A stretch of DNA of 64,000 bases, taken from Nemertoderma westbladi. Taxonomy: Eukaryota; Animalia; Xenacoelomorpha. Position 1 is the first letter of the stretch. Every line of letters begins with the position of its first letter. The notes below the pieces were generated by a model that was not told where the DNA came from, searched no databases, and saw nothing but the letters and a program-made list of their open reading frames with translations. Position numbers and translations under genes: made by a program. The stretch is taken from assembly GCA_032718475.1 (NCBI GenBank), contig JAUCBJ010009156.1:25493-89492 (forward strand), given 5' to 3'. This document shows positions 12,031 through 24,900 of this stretch, piece by piece.

Positions 12031-12289
12031 TCAAAGTGGAAATGGAGGCCCAAAACCTTAAGTAAAACTGTCATGTAACCCCAACCTTAAATATTTTGGA
12101 TCCTAAATTCCACAAAATTTCTTAGATTAGAGCATGGGACTTTAAGGTTATAGGGTTACTAATGACTGTTTTAATTAGGGTTTGGGCCTGACCAACTAAC
12201 CCAACCACAAAAATAAACGCCTAGGACACCGGCAGCGTTCTTAATGCAGCTGCTTCCAGCATGTCCATTATAGATAGATAATTGAAACC

Positions 12290-12560
12290 TGAAAAAGGTG
12301 GACAGTCCAATCACTAATAAATAGCATTGCTTTAATACGTTTCTGATTGGTCAGGCTATTATCTATGTTTTTTGTGCATGTGTCCAGTCCACCTTTCACC
12401 TTTTTCAAACACACATCTTATTCCCAATTATGTAACTAAGAAAGCGAAAACTTGAAAAAGGTGGACAGACCAATTGCTACAAACTGCTTTACATAATACG
12501 TTTCTGATTGGTCTGTCCGTTGTCCATGTTTTCTGTACATAGTCCACCTTTTTCAAACAC
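12290..12560. repeat. Two tandem copies of a small palindromic MITE-like unit (TGAAAAAGGTGGAC...GTCCACCTTTTTCA)
   Basis: Inverted termini visible in both copies (~12290-12410 and ~12453-12558). Confidence 0.55.
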
Positions 12561-12965
12561 CCCCTGTCAGCCTGTATACACCCTGTACACTCTGGACTAC
12601 AAACCCGCCAGCTGACAAGCAACAGAAGAACCTACTGCAGTAGTGCAGTACTGGCTACTGCTGTACTGCAACTGCACAACTCTGCAACTGTAGTAGTACT
12701 GTAGTACAGTAGTAGGCCTACTGACAGACTGAACTGCTGAACTATGCGATAATGAATAATTAATTTGGAGATAACAGAAAAACAGGATAAACTCGTAACT
12801 CTCTAATTTATGTTCCCAGTTCCAGTTGGCCGTACCGTGCCGGTACAGCGGTACTGTCTGACTGTTATGTAGCAGTCAGACAGCAAGACAATACCGATAC
12901 AAAATACCAGCTGAACAGTGCGGCTGGCTTCGATAGCCTAACACCTGAATTCCGCAAGTGGTAAG

Positions 12966-15900
12966 ATGGAGATTTTGTTGCGGATTCTATGTTTGTTACT
13001 GTTTAGTAATTGCCAATTTAATTGTCAGTCGAACAACAACGCCGTCGCCAATGATTCATCGAGTTTGTATTCGGTTGATATGGGAGGTTTATCTGGCGCT
13101 GGTTATTATGTCGGAGTATCGATTGGAACGCCACCGCAAAAGGTAGGTCAGTAGGTAGGCCTACCCAGGGCTGGCAAAGTAGGTTTTTGTAAACCTAGGT
13201 TTTTGTAGGTTTTTGTCAAAAACCTAAAATTTGAAAAAAGCCTAAAACTAGGTTTTTAGGTTTTTGATTTTTCATCTTTAATTTGCCTTTTAATTTCATT
13301 TGTACACTCAAAACAACTGAACAAGTATACTTGCATTGTCAGCTGATGAGTTCGTTCCAGTCCAGTCCAGTTGTCTTGTCACTACTGACAAGCTGACTGT
13401 TGCAAGGGTCCTACTAATTACCCCAACCTACCACAATCTACCCCAACCTACCACAATCTACCGCAATCTACCCCAACAATTCGATAGAGGCATTTAATTA
13501 CCACAATATTATTTTACATTGGTATCTAATTACCACAATATACAGAACTCAAGTGTCTATTTACCACAAGACTACACTGCATCTAATTACCACAATATTA
13601 TTTTTTATTTTACATTGGCATCTAATTACCACAATATATAGAACGCAAGTGTCAGAGTGTCTATTTACCACAAGACTACACTGCATCTAATTACCACAAT
13701 ATTATTTTACAATGGCATCTAATTACCACAATATACAGAACTCAAGTGTCTATTTACCACAAGACTACACTGCATCTAATTACCACAATATTATTTTACA
13801 TTGGCATCTAATTACCACAATATACAGAACTCAGTGTCTATTTACCACAAGACTACACTGCATCTAATTACCACAATATTATTTTACATTGGCATCTAAT
13901 TACCACAATATACAGAACTCAAGTGTCTATTTACCACAAGACTACACTGCATCTAATTACCACAATATTATTTTACATTGGCATCTAATTACCACAATAT
14001 ACAGAACTCAAGTGTCTATTTACCACAAGACTACACTGCATCTAATTACCACAATATTATTTTACATTGGCATCTAATTACCACATTATACAGAACTCAA
14101 AATAATGTAAAAATGTAAAATATAAAATGTAAAATAATATTGTGGTAATTAGATGCTGTGTAGTCTTGTGGTAAATAGACACTTGAGTTCTGTATATTGT
14201 GGTAATTAGATGCCAATGTAAAATAATATTGTGGTAATTAGATGCAGTGTAGTCTTGTGGTAAATAGACACTTGCGTTCTGTATATTGTGGTAATTAGAC
14301 ACCAATGTAAAATAATATTGTGGTAATTAGATGCAGTGTAGTCTTGTGGTAAATAGACACTTGCGTTCTGTATATTGTGGTAATTAGACGCCATTGTAAA
14401 ATAATATTGTGGTAATTAGATGCCTCTATCGAATTGTTGGGGTAGATTGCGGTAGATTGTGGTAGGTTGGGGTAGATTGTGGTAGGTTGGGGTAATTAGT
14501 AGGACCGACAAAAACCTAGCGAAAACCTTCAAAAACCTGCAAAAACCTTCCAAAAACCTACAAAAACCTTGCAAAAACCTAAAACCTAAAAATTTTTCTG
14601 AAAAACCTATGGTTTTTGCCAGCCCTGGGCCTACCTACAGACAGAGGTGCAGCCAATTGCAGAATTGGTGCAGGCGCAGCCGCAGGACTGCAGCCCTGCA
14701 GGGGTGGGCTCTGGGCTGAGGTGGGGTGGGTTGGCAGGTTGGGTTGATGTTCATGTCCGATTCCGAAATTCCACAAACATTGTCTCATCATTGACCAATA
14801 CGTGAATTGTAGTGGTAGATATGACGCGCTGACGCGACGTCTAAGAAGGTGAGTGAATGTTTACTTTGAACTTTATACTGTTATACCGGTAGACAACAAT
14901 AACTTAGATTGGCCTATTAACGCTACGGAAACTGAGTGAAGGAATAAAATCAAAGAGCCTTCCTGCAATGTAGACATTTATCAACTTCAAGAAAGCATTC
15001 GTCTGAGATTGACTCCATCCATAGCTGCATAGAATTTCCAGCAAAATGCTTGAAATTTTAAGAGCTTAGGCCCTATGAATTATCAGATGCAATCGTTGCT
15101 GACATTCGATTATTATATTGTGATACAGACAGAAGCTCAGGTACTTTCACCAGATGGTGAAACTAGGTTCTTCTCAATCCTGGCTGGTCTACTGCAACTG
15201 CTGCAAGGCGACACATTGGCTTCGTTACCATTTAGTGTTTATAATTGTAAAGGGTTATGAATGAACCATCAGTCTGCTTTTTAATACGAGTTCAGATGCA
15301 CAGCTTCTACTGAACAAAGTGGAAAGGGCTGCTAAGGAGGTTGGATTGCATAAAGAATACATGACTTTTAATGTTTCATGGAAACTATTTCACCAAACTT
15401 TATAATACAGTAATAATCCACTAAGTGAAGTTTATGACTTCCAGTACCTTGCTTTATAAATAAAAAAAGAAAACTTTAGTTAGGAAAGCAAAGGCATGGA
15501 AGCGAACGGTTATGAGACCAACTTGAAAGGGATACTGAACTTGGGAGAAAGGAAAGTGCAACTATGGAGAATCGGGAAGCCTGGAAGGATCTCATTTCCA
15601 CTGAACTAGATTGCTCGACGTAGTAGTATAGGCCCCCAGATTCCATGAAATTCTGTATAGGTCTATACATTGGATTGGTGCTTGAATTTATATGCAGTTT
15701 GGCAAACAGTGTAAAAATTTATGGTTATTAATTGATTATGTATCCGTTTTTTTTTAATTTAGAGAGATAGCCTGGTTTGTTTGTTTATCATACTGCTTAA
15801 AGCAGAAAATGTCAACACATTTTTTATGTTAAAAAAGTATCACTAACTTTAAAATCTTATGCACGTTATGCTGATATGTATATTGAAAGATTGAAATATT

Positions 15901-18900
15901 ATATTTGAAACTCAAATAATGCGATACGTGTTTCGGTTATTGGCGTAGATTAATGGGATATCAATACACTTATACATTACTCAATTAATTTACTCAATTA
16001 CTGTATTTACTTTCATGTACTTTAATTTTTCTATTTCTTCCCTCATCACAACTGTCTGTAATTATTCCAACTATACCGAGAAGGAATAGCGTTATTGCAC
16101 ACAATCCGCAAATTATGAACAAAGCCGGAATATGGAGGGATGGAGCTGATTGAGTTTTACTTCGTGGGGGTTCATATTTATTTTCACTCCGAATAATAGA
16201 TACGTTAAACTTAATTGTTGTGTGTCTCTCTCCATCGACGTTCACGATTCGGTCTCCTTTAATTGTTGCTGAGTACACTCCTTCAACCGTAAACTTTCTT
16301 TCCAATACTCTATTATTGCTCCCATAATTAATTAGTTCACCATCGGGCGCGTACCATAAGAATTGCACCGGACTGGCAGTCATCACGTCATCCAGACTGT
16401 TTCCATGGAAACCCCACTTGATGATGACTTTTGATGTAGTGCTTGCGAATACCTGATTCGATTTACTATCAAGTGATCGTGTTTGAATACCGCGGGCATC
16501 CTGAATTAGTTTCAGTTCTAACTCAGTTACAAGCAGATTTGTTTTTACTACCGGTACTTTAAAATATTGCGTCTCCATCTCACAAACATATTGACCTTTC
16601 ACTTCTTTCCTTGTATCTAAGTTAAATACAGATTCGTTACTAACAGATTTCCTTGCGTCATTGATGTAATACCATTTAACTTTTGGTTCCGGATTTGCTC
16701 TATCGTAATTACATTGTAAAGTGAAAACTCCTGTGATGTTAGATTTCTTAGTTTCATTGCTGTATTGATATGTAACATTATGTGTCATCAGAATAAATAT
16801 GGCGGAGATGAGGTTTCCCTTTGTGTCAGTTATGTTGATGTTGTTTGGGGGAAAGACAGCGGTAACGGTTACAGAGCAGTGTGGAGTTGGTAGAAGAGGT
16901 GGGAGAGCAACATGCTTGGCGACACAAGTAAAGGTTAAATTCCTTCGCAAGGTGATTGAGTCGATGTTATGGGAAGTGTTTGGGATACTGAAATACAATT
17001 GGGAAGCTTTTCCTTCTGGTGTTTTTACATCATGTTTTCTGATTGTAGAGAATTCTATTTGGTCTGTGTTTCCGGTGAATGCATCTTCTATATCGTTTTT
17101 ATTTAATTTTGGCAGGATTTTATCCGAATTGTATAAAAAGCAATTCACCGGCCTCCAAGTATCCCTCATGTACGGAACGATACAGGTTGTAACGTTATCC
17201 GCAGCACTTTCTCCGATGTAACTTATAGGACAAATACACCTAAGTTGCCAGGATTGAGGCACGTAATTGAGACAGTCCACACCATTGCTACTATGCTTCA
17301 TTGTTTGGATCGTGCATGGGTCTAGTGTTCTCATTAGTCTTTTTGAAGTCCGCTGAGAATGATTAAAGTAATTTACATAAGATATATCACTAGTGAGGTT
17401 TTTGAATACACACTTATTATCAGAATGGTAGTATGCTTTAACAATAGATTTCCTTTTTTCAGCAACCTTAGACGGGGCGTTGTACACTATTTCTGCCAGT
17501 TCCCGCGTCACTTCATTGATAAACTCATCAAACGATATAACCCCCCCATTTATGTCTTTATAACCCCTGTTAATTTCTAGAATATTACTTCTCTGCGTTA
17601 ACGATGCCTCATCTGGTATAATTTTCCTATGGGACAGCTTGCTGTTGCAAGGGGAAGAACTTTTACCTTCATTACCACCCTGGTCATGAAACTGCCGAGT
17701 TATCCAGTTCAGTTTATCGTCGTACCTGAACAATATCTTCATGCAGAATGTTTCGTTAGTTCCGAATACTGCCAAAGTATAGGAGTCGTTGTTTAGTGCG
17801 TCGTCCAGGCAACTATCATGAACTAAATAGCGAGCCCCTATAGCGAAGCCGAAGGCAGATGTTTCGTATTTAAAATTAGAGTAGTTGGTTGATAACATGA
17901 TGTTGTTTATGTTGTTGATGTAGCTGTCGATCTCATCTCGAACACTCCACCGATTGGATTCATCACCACATTCGGAAAGTCCCTCATCGATAATAAAGTG
18001 GTCAAGAAAGGATTTATCTGCACCCACATGCATTACACATGTCGTTATGTCGTAAGGGTATGTTTTGAACTTTGCTGAGGTGTGATATTGCCTAGTGAGT
18101 CCAGATGGTTGACCTTTGTGTGTGATTTTATCTGTAACGTTTGGACACTTGAATATTATAGGTGATGTTCCATCAGTTCCATCCAAACTAAAATACCAAT
18201 CCATTCCTGATAACTTTTCCTCGCAACCATTTTGGATTTTTTCCCCATTTGGTTTCCGTAGACCAGAAATTAATATTATGCTTACTAGCAACTCGTAAAT
18301 CATTGTATATATATAATTTAGTGTAGGTTTCTGGTTTATATTATAATAATCAATGACTGGAACAATTGTAATCGATATACACCATGTCCCATAATATAGT
18401 GTCGTAATTCAGTGACACCCCCCCCCCCCCCCCCTCCCCCTAATTTTTCTACAAATCTTAATGAGATTGCATGAAATTTGAAACAGAGATAGTTTCACCT
18501 CCCGACCACTGACTGGGTGAGCCAGAATTTTTATTTTTAGAATCTTTAGCTACAAGCGTTTAAAAAAGTGTCTCCAGCGATATTACACCAGTTACACCGC
18601 AGTTATTCTTCTACCTTATAGCTGTTTGTTGGTACCAATGAAAAGCTGGCCATGCAAGGATTCCAAATATGTAACACAATTTGAATTTCGTTGAAAAATA
18701 GCTGAGATATGGGCGTTCAAATGTTGCATGGTTTTGCAACGACGCGAGGCTATTTTATTCTATTTAATAAATAAACCATGTTCTGGAACATTTTTTAAAT
18801 GTAGGAATAGCTACTTAATAGTATGATTAAAGATGTAATGCATTGTTGCCCAGCTACGTTTTGGATAAACAAAATATTCCAGATTGTGATGTATTTATTA

Positions 18901-21900
18901 AACAGAATAAATAGCCTCGCGTAGGTGCATAACCATGCAAAATTTGAACGCCCATATCTCAGCTATTTTTCAACGAAATTCAAATTGTGTTACATATTTG
19001 GAATCCCTGCACGGCCAGCTTTCCACTAGTACCAACAAATCACTAAAAAAGTTTGAAGAATAACTGCGGTGTAACTGGTGCAATATCGACGAAGACACTT
19101 TTTTTAGACGATTGTAGCTAAAGAATGAAAGCAAAAATGAAACTTCTGACTCACCCACTAAGGAGGAGGGAGGTGAAACTAACTCTGTTTCAAATTTCAT
19201 GCAATCTCATTACGATTTGTAGAAAAATTGGCTGGAGTTCCGCCCGTGGCTACATTTTGATCATAATAGTTCCGCCCGTGGCTACATTTTGTTCTTATAG
19301 TTCCGACCGTGGCTACATTATGTTCTTACAGTTCCACCCATGGCCACTTTGTTCTTATAGTTCCGCCCGTGGCTACATTAAGTTCTTATAGTTCCGCCCA
19401 CGGCTACATTTTGTCCTTATAGTTACGCCCGTGGCTACATTTTGTTCTTATAGTTCCGCCCATGGCTACATTATGTTCTTATAGTTCCGCCCGTGGCTAC
19501 ATTAAGTTCTTATAGTTCCGCCCGTGGCTACATTTTGTCCTTATAGTTCCGCCCGTGGCTACATTTTGTTCTTATAGTTCCGCCCGTAGCTACATTTTGT
19601 TCTTATAGTTCCGCCCGTGGCTACATTTTGTCCTTATAGTTCCGCCCGTGGCTACATTTTGTTCTTATAGTTCCGCCCACGGCTACATTTTGTTCTTATG
19701 GTTCCGCCCGTAGCTACATTTTGTTCTTATAGTTCCGCCCGTGGCTATATTTTGTTCTTATAGTTCCGCCCCTGACTACATTAAGTTCTTATAATTACGC
19801 CCGTGGCTACATTTTGTTTTTATAGTTACGCCCGTTTCTACATTTTGTTCTTATAGTTCCGCCCATGGCTACATTTTGTTGTTATAGTTCCGCCCGTGGC
19901 TACATTTTGTTCATATAGTTCCGCCCGTGGCTACATTAAATTCTTATATTTCCGCCCGTGGCTACATTTTGTACTTATAGTTCCGCCCACTAAAAATATT
20001 TTTTTAGAATATTAGCTAATCTGCTGGCTATAATTTCAAAAAATAGAAGCTAAAAAAGTTCCGTACTCCTCCCCACTAGCTACCATAAATAATAATTTTT
20101 TTGCAGCGGGATGTTTTAGAAAATTAATATGTTAGAAAGTGCTTAAATATAGCTAGTACATTTTTTATAAACACCAGCTAACAGTATATTTTAATCAATA
20201 ACTTACATGTTCTAGAACATTTAAGACAACAAAAAATTAAAATACTTGCTAGTATAAAAATACAGTTAAAAACGCTCTACCGCCAATAAGAAAGCATGTG
20301 GCCCAGATCGTTTATATTATGAACACGCCAAACAAGCACTGCCTCTAATTATCACCATTTTAACTGCACTATTTAACCTTTGTCTCGATGCAGGTAGACT
20401 TCCGGCTATTTGGAAACAGAACTTTATAAAAATCCTATACAAAGGCAAAGGCTCTATAGCGGACCCAAACAGTAGGGTTGGTGACTCAAAAAAAAATTTA
20501 TATAAACACGATCATAAAATGTAAAAAGGTGTGCTGATCACGAATTTGAAAAAAAACCGTTTTTAAATTCATCGAGTTCCGGCTGACATTGAGGGGTTTA
20601 TACACAAGCGCGGGAAAATCTTAGTTTAAACGCTCTGATTTACTCAAGGTGAGGTCATGCAGCGAGCGGATTGTTGAAATTAGCGTGGGCCGATCTTTTC
20701 CCTTTTTATGGCACTATTTTCATAATATTTCCTTAGAAACTTCTTTTATGCTACTTTTGTTAGGTGGATATGATGACCAGGGTTCACAGAAATGTAATAA
20801 AATGTCTCTGGAATTTTTATCTTGTAGTTGCCAAGGTAACCGGGTGCAAAGTTAAAACTTGCCTGTATTTCAAGGCGACAATGGATTCTTCCCTTGAGAT
20901 TTGGTAGGTGATTAAAAGAAATCAAAGTCTATCAAAATATTTTACATTTGAATTTGTTTACATTTCCGTTGCCATGGAAATACGTATAATGAAAAATTTT
21001 AAAAATTGTCTACCAATTCTATAAAACACCATTTTTATTCGGGTTGTCAGTCTAAATAATAAGTTAAAATTGCCAACATTTTATTTTATAATTCGTCAAT
21101 TGTGAATCATATTTTTAAAAGTCAATATTTACCAATAAACTAAACTGTCCAATCAGAGAGCAAGACCTGTGATAGCATGATTTTGACATTCCAGAATATT
21201 AAATTTCGGTTAGCAATTATTAGAAATAAAGGACAGCCACCAGGCATGTTTGTTTAAAATTATATAAGTAGTAAATAGTAGCCCAATTTCTATGTGGCGG
21301 TCATAATGGGAAATTATCGTAATTCCCGTCACCATGGAAACGGGATTGAAAATAAATTTAAATTTACAATATTTTGATAGACTTTTATTCCCTTTACTCA
21401 TATACCAAATCTCAAGAACAGAATCCATTGTCGTCTTGAATTACAGGCGCTCGAAATTTGAACTTTGTACCCGGTTACCTTGGCAACTACAAGATAAAAA
21501 ATTCCAGAAAGATATTTTATTACAGTTCTATGAACCCTAGTCATCATATCCACCTAACCAAAGTTGCATAAGAGAGGTTTCTAAGAAAATATTATGAAAA
21601 TAGTGTCATAAATAGGGAAACGATCGGCCTCCGCTAATTTCAGGAATCCGCGCGCTGCATGACCTGTTATGATTTACTGTACCACTTTGTCGCTAGGCAA
21701 CGCTAACAACATTCACTAGCTAACAGCATACAGTTTACTATTGTTGGATGTAGGCTAATTTTATGCTTCTCTCTGCACTTAAAGAAAAAGAAAGAAAAAT
21801 GTTGCGGTTTAATTGGATCATTCACCAAGCTACACCTGCTTTCGATTGAAACCTGCATGAAAATATATAACGCGAAGATCGCCACAATGCTTTTCTACGC

Positions 21901-24900
21901 TTTTTCTTCATATAGCCGCTTTCTGAAACTCAATCACTTGTAGGAATTAGATAAAGTTAAATCGGGGTGTATTAAACGGGATCTAGGATTGCACATTTCA
22001 GCCTCCTCAACCCTGGCTTATAAACTGGTCGGAGGGGTTCTAGAAGAGCTCATCAGAAGAACGCCTCATCTTATCAAACCTAATGTCCGGGACGCTTTTG
22101 CAGCCTACCGACAAGAGCGGGAATTAAACTTCGACAGGGCAGGGTATTTCAACGGACCAGACTTCATAACGAGCACTTGGAAAAAACCGTGTCAGAAGAA
22201 CCGGCACATATTGACACGCACGACCTCACACGGATTCCACCACAAAATATGCACACACTCACGTCCTTTTCACGAGATATCGGTATCGCTCACAACAGTG
22301 TTCCTACATTTATCACGTCTTGGATTGTCATGAATGCCCCTCGCTATCGGATCTTGCCCGCTCTTAAATTACTTTATTACTGTATTATCAATATTACTAA
22401 CTTATTTATTTACTTAATAATTTTAAATTCTAATTAAGTTCTACTGTATGACCGGATTTCACCATTTACCCCGCGTATATTAAATAATCATCAAAATTCA
22501 AAAATAAAAGACAAAAATGTGTTCCAAAAACTAGCTTGTATAGAAATTATTCTAGAACAAATAATATTTGTTCTAGAACATACATTTTTATTTAATCTAT
22601 AACTGACATGTTCTAGAACATTTAAAACTACAAAAAGCGAAAACACTAGCTAGTATAAAAAAGAAGTACAGTTAAAAATCCAAAAATGTAGCCACGGGCG
22701 GAACTGACCCTGAAATATTTTCTTTAGGGGGGCGGGCAGGTACCTGAATAACGACACGATATTCCAGGACATGTTGTATAAAATAAGAGTTCCGTATAGC
22801 ATTACATTTATAAAACGTATGTCATTGTTACCTTGGCAACTCCTCTCCACCAGTTCCGTACTCCTCCCCACTAATTCCGTACTCTTCCCCACTAGTTCCG
22901 TACTCTTCCCCACTAGTTCCGTACTCCTACCCACTAGTTCCGTACTCCTCCCCACTAGTTCCGTACTCCTCCCCACTAGTTCCGTACTCTTCCCCAATAG
23001 TTCCGTACTCCTCCCCACTAGTTCCGTACTCTTCCCCACTAGTTCCGTACTCCTACCCACTAGTTCCGTACTCCTCCCCACTAGTTCCGTACTCCTCCCC
23101 ACTAGTTCCGTACTCTTCCCCAATAGTTCCGTACTCCTCCCCACTAGTTCCGTACTCTTCCCCACTAGTTCCGTACTCTTCCCCACTAGTTCCGTACTCT
23201 TCCCCACTAGTTCCGTACTCCTACCCACTAGTTCCGTACTCCTCCCCACTAGTTCCGTACTCCTCCCCACTAGTTCCGTACTCTTCCCCAATAGTTCCGT
23301 ACTCCTCCCCACTAATTCCGTACTCTTCCCCACTAGTTCCGTACTCTTCCCCACTAGTTCCGTACTCCTACCCACTAGTTCCGTACTCCTCCCCACTAGT
23401 TCCGTACTCCTCCCCACTAGTTCCGTACTCTTCCCCACTAGTTCCGTACTCCTCCCCACTAGTTCCGTACTCTTACCCACTAGTTCCGTACTCCTCCCCA
23501 CTAGTTCCGTACTCCTCCCCACTAGTTCCGTACTCTTCCCCAATAGTTCCGTACTCCTCCCCACTAGTTCCGTACTCTTCCCCACTAGTTCCGTACTCTT
23601 CCCCACTAGTTCCGTAGTCTTCCCCACTAGTTCCGTACTCCTCCCCACTAGTTCCGTACTCCTCCCCACTAGTTCCGTACTCCTCCCCACTAGTTCCGTA
23701 CTCTTCCCCACTAGTTCCGTACTCCTCCCCACTAGTTCCGTACTCTTCCCCACTAGTTCCGTACTCCTCCCCACTAGTTCCGTGCTCCTCCCCACTAGTT
23801 CCGTACTCTTCCCCAATAGTTCCGTACTCCTCCCCACTAGTTCCGTACTCTTCCCCAATAGTTCCGTACTCCTCCCCACTAGTTCCGTAGTCTTCCCCAC
23901 TAGTTCCGTACTCCTCCCCACTAGTTCCGTACTCCTCCCCACTAGTTCCGTACTCCTCCCCACTAGTTCCGTACTCTTCCCCACTAGTTCCGTACTCCTC
24001 CCCACTAGTTCCGTACTCTTCCCCACTAGTTCCGTACTCCTCCCCACTAGTTCCGTGCTCCTCCCCACTAGTTCCGTACTCTTCCCCAATAGTTCCGTAC
24101 TCCTCCCCACTAGTTCCGTACTCCTCCCCACTAGTTCCGTACTCCTCCCCACTAGTTCCGTACTCCTCCCCACTAGTTCCGTACTCCTCTCCACTAGTTC
24201 CGTACTCCTCCCCACTAGTTCCGTGCTCCTCCCCACTAGTTCCGTACTCCTCCCCACTAGTTCCGTACTCTTCCCCAATAGTTCCGTACTCCTCCCCACT
24301 AGTTCCGTACTCTTCCCCAATAGTTCCGTACTCCTCCCCACTAGTTCCATACTCTTCCCCACTAGTTCCGTAATCCTCCCCACTAGTTCCGTACTCCTCC
24401 CCACTAGTTCCTTACCCCTTTAATGAGTTTATTACTTTTGTTAGAAACTCTTTAAAAAGAATACTACCATTAACAATGTTTTATTGTTTTTTTTAGATCA
24501 ACGTGTTGGTGGACACAGGCAGTAGCAACCTCGCAGTAGCTTGTACATCCTTTCCTATAATACAAGGTAGACATTACGATAGAAAACTTAGTTCTACTGA
24601 CGTGGATGAGAACGTCTCTGTGGATATTGGTTACACTGAGGGCAACTTGTAAGTAATTTTATAGCGAGGGAAATAACAAAACGAGGGCCGTAAAAGCTTT
24701 CTTATTTATTTACTTATAAACTATAAAATACTATAAACTATAACTATAAAATGTTGTTTTATTTAAAATATTCACTTTGAATTAGAAGTTTAACGTCACA
24801 AAGTTATCGCAGATTTGAGGTCAATTCTGAAATTTTGTGTAATTAAATAATATTGACCGCTATAATAGATATACATTGTAATTGAAGATGCAATTTCTAG

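Noticed and set aside
13889-14394. Repeated 62-75 aa ORFs on both strands
   Set aside because: Translations of the foldback element's tandem units.
21989-22437. Short ORFs inside the intron-1 repeat complex
   Set aside because: No ATG start, recognisable motif or splice support. Possibly a TE remnant.
22650-24423. 584-aa and 550-aa ORFs on opposite strands
   Set aside because: By-products of a stop-free 21-bp minisatellite, with no unique coding domain.
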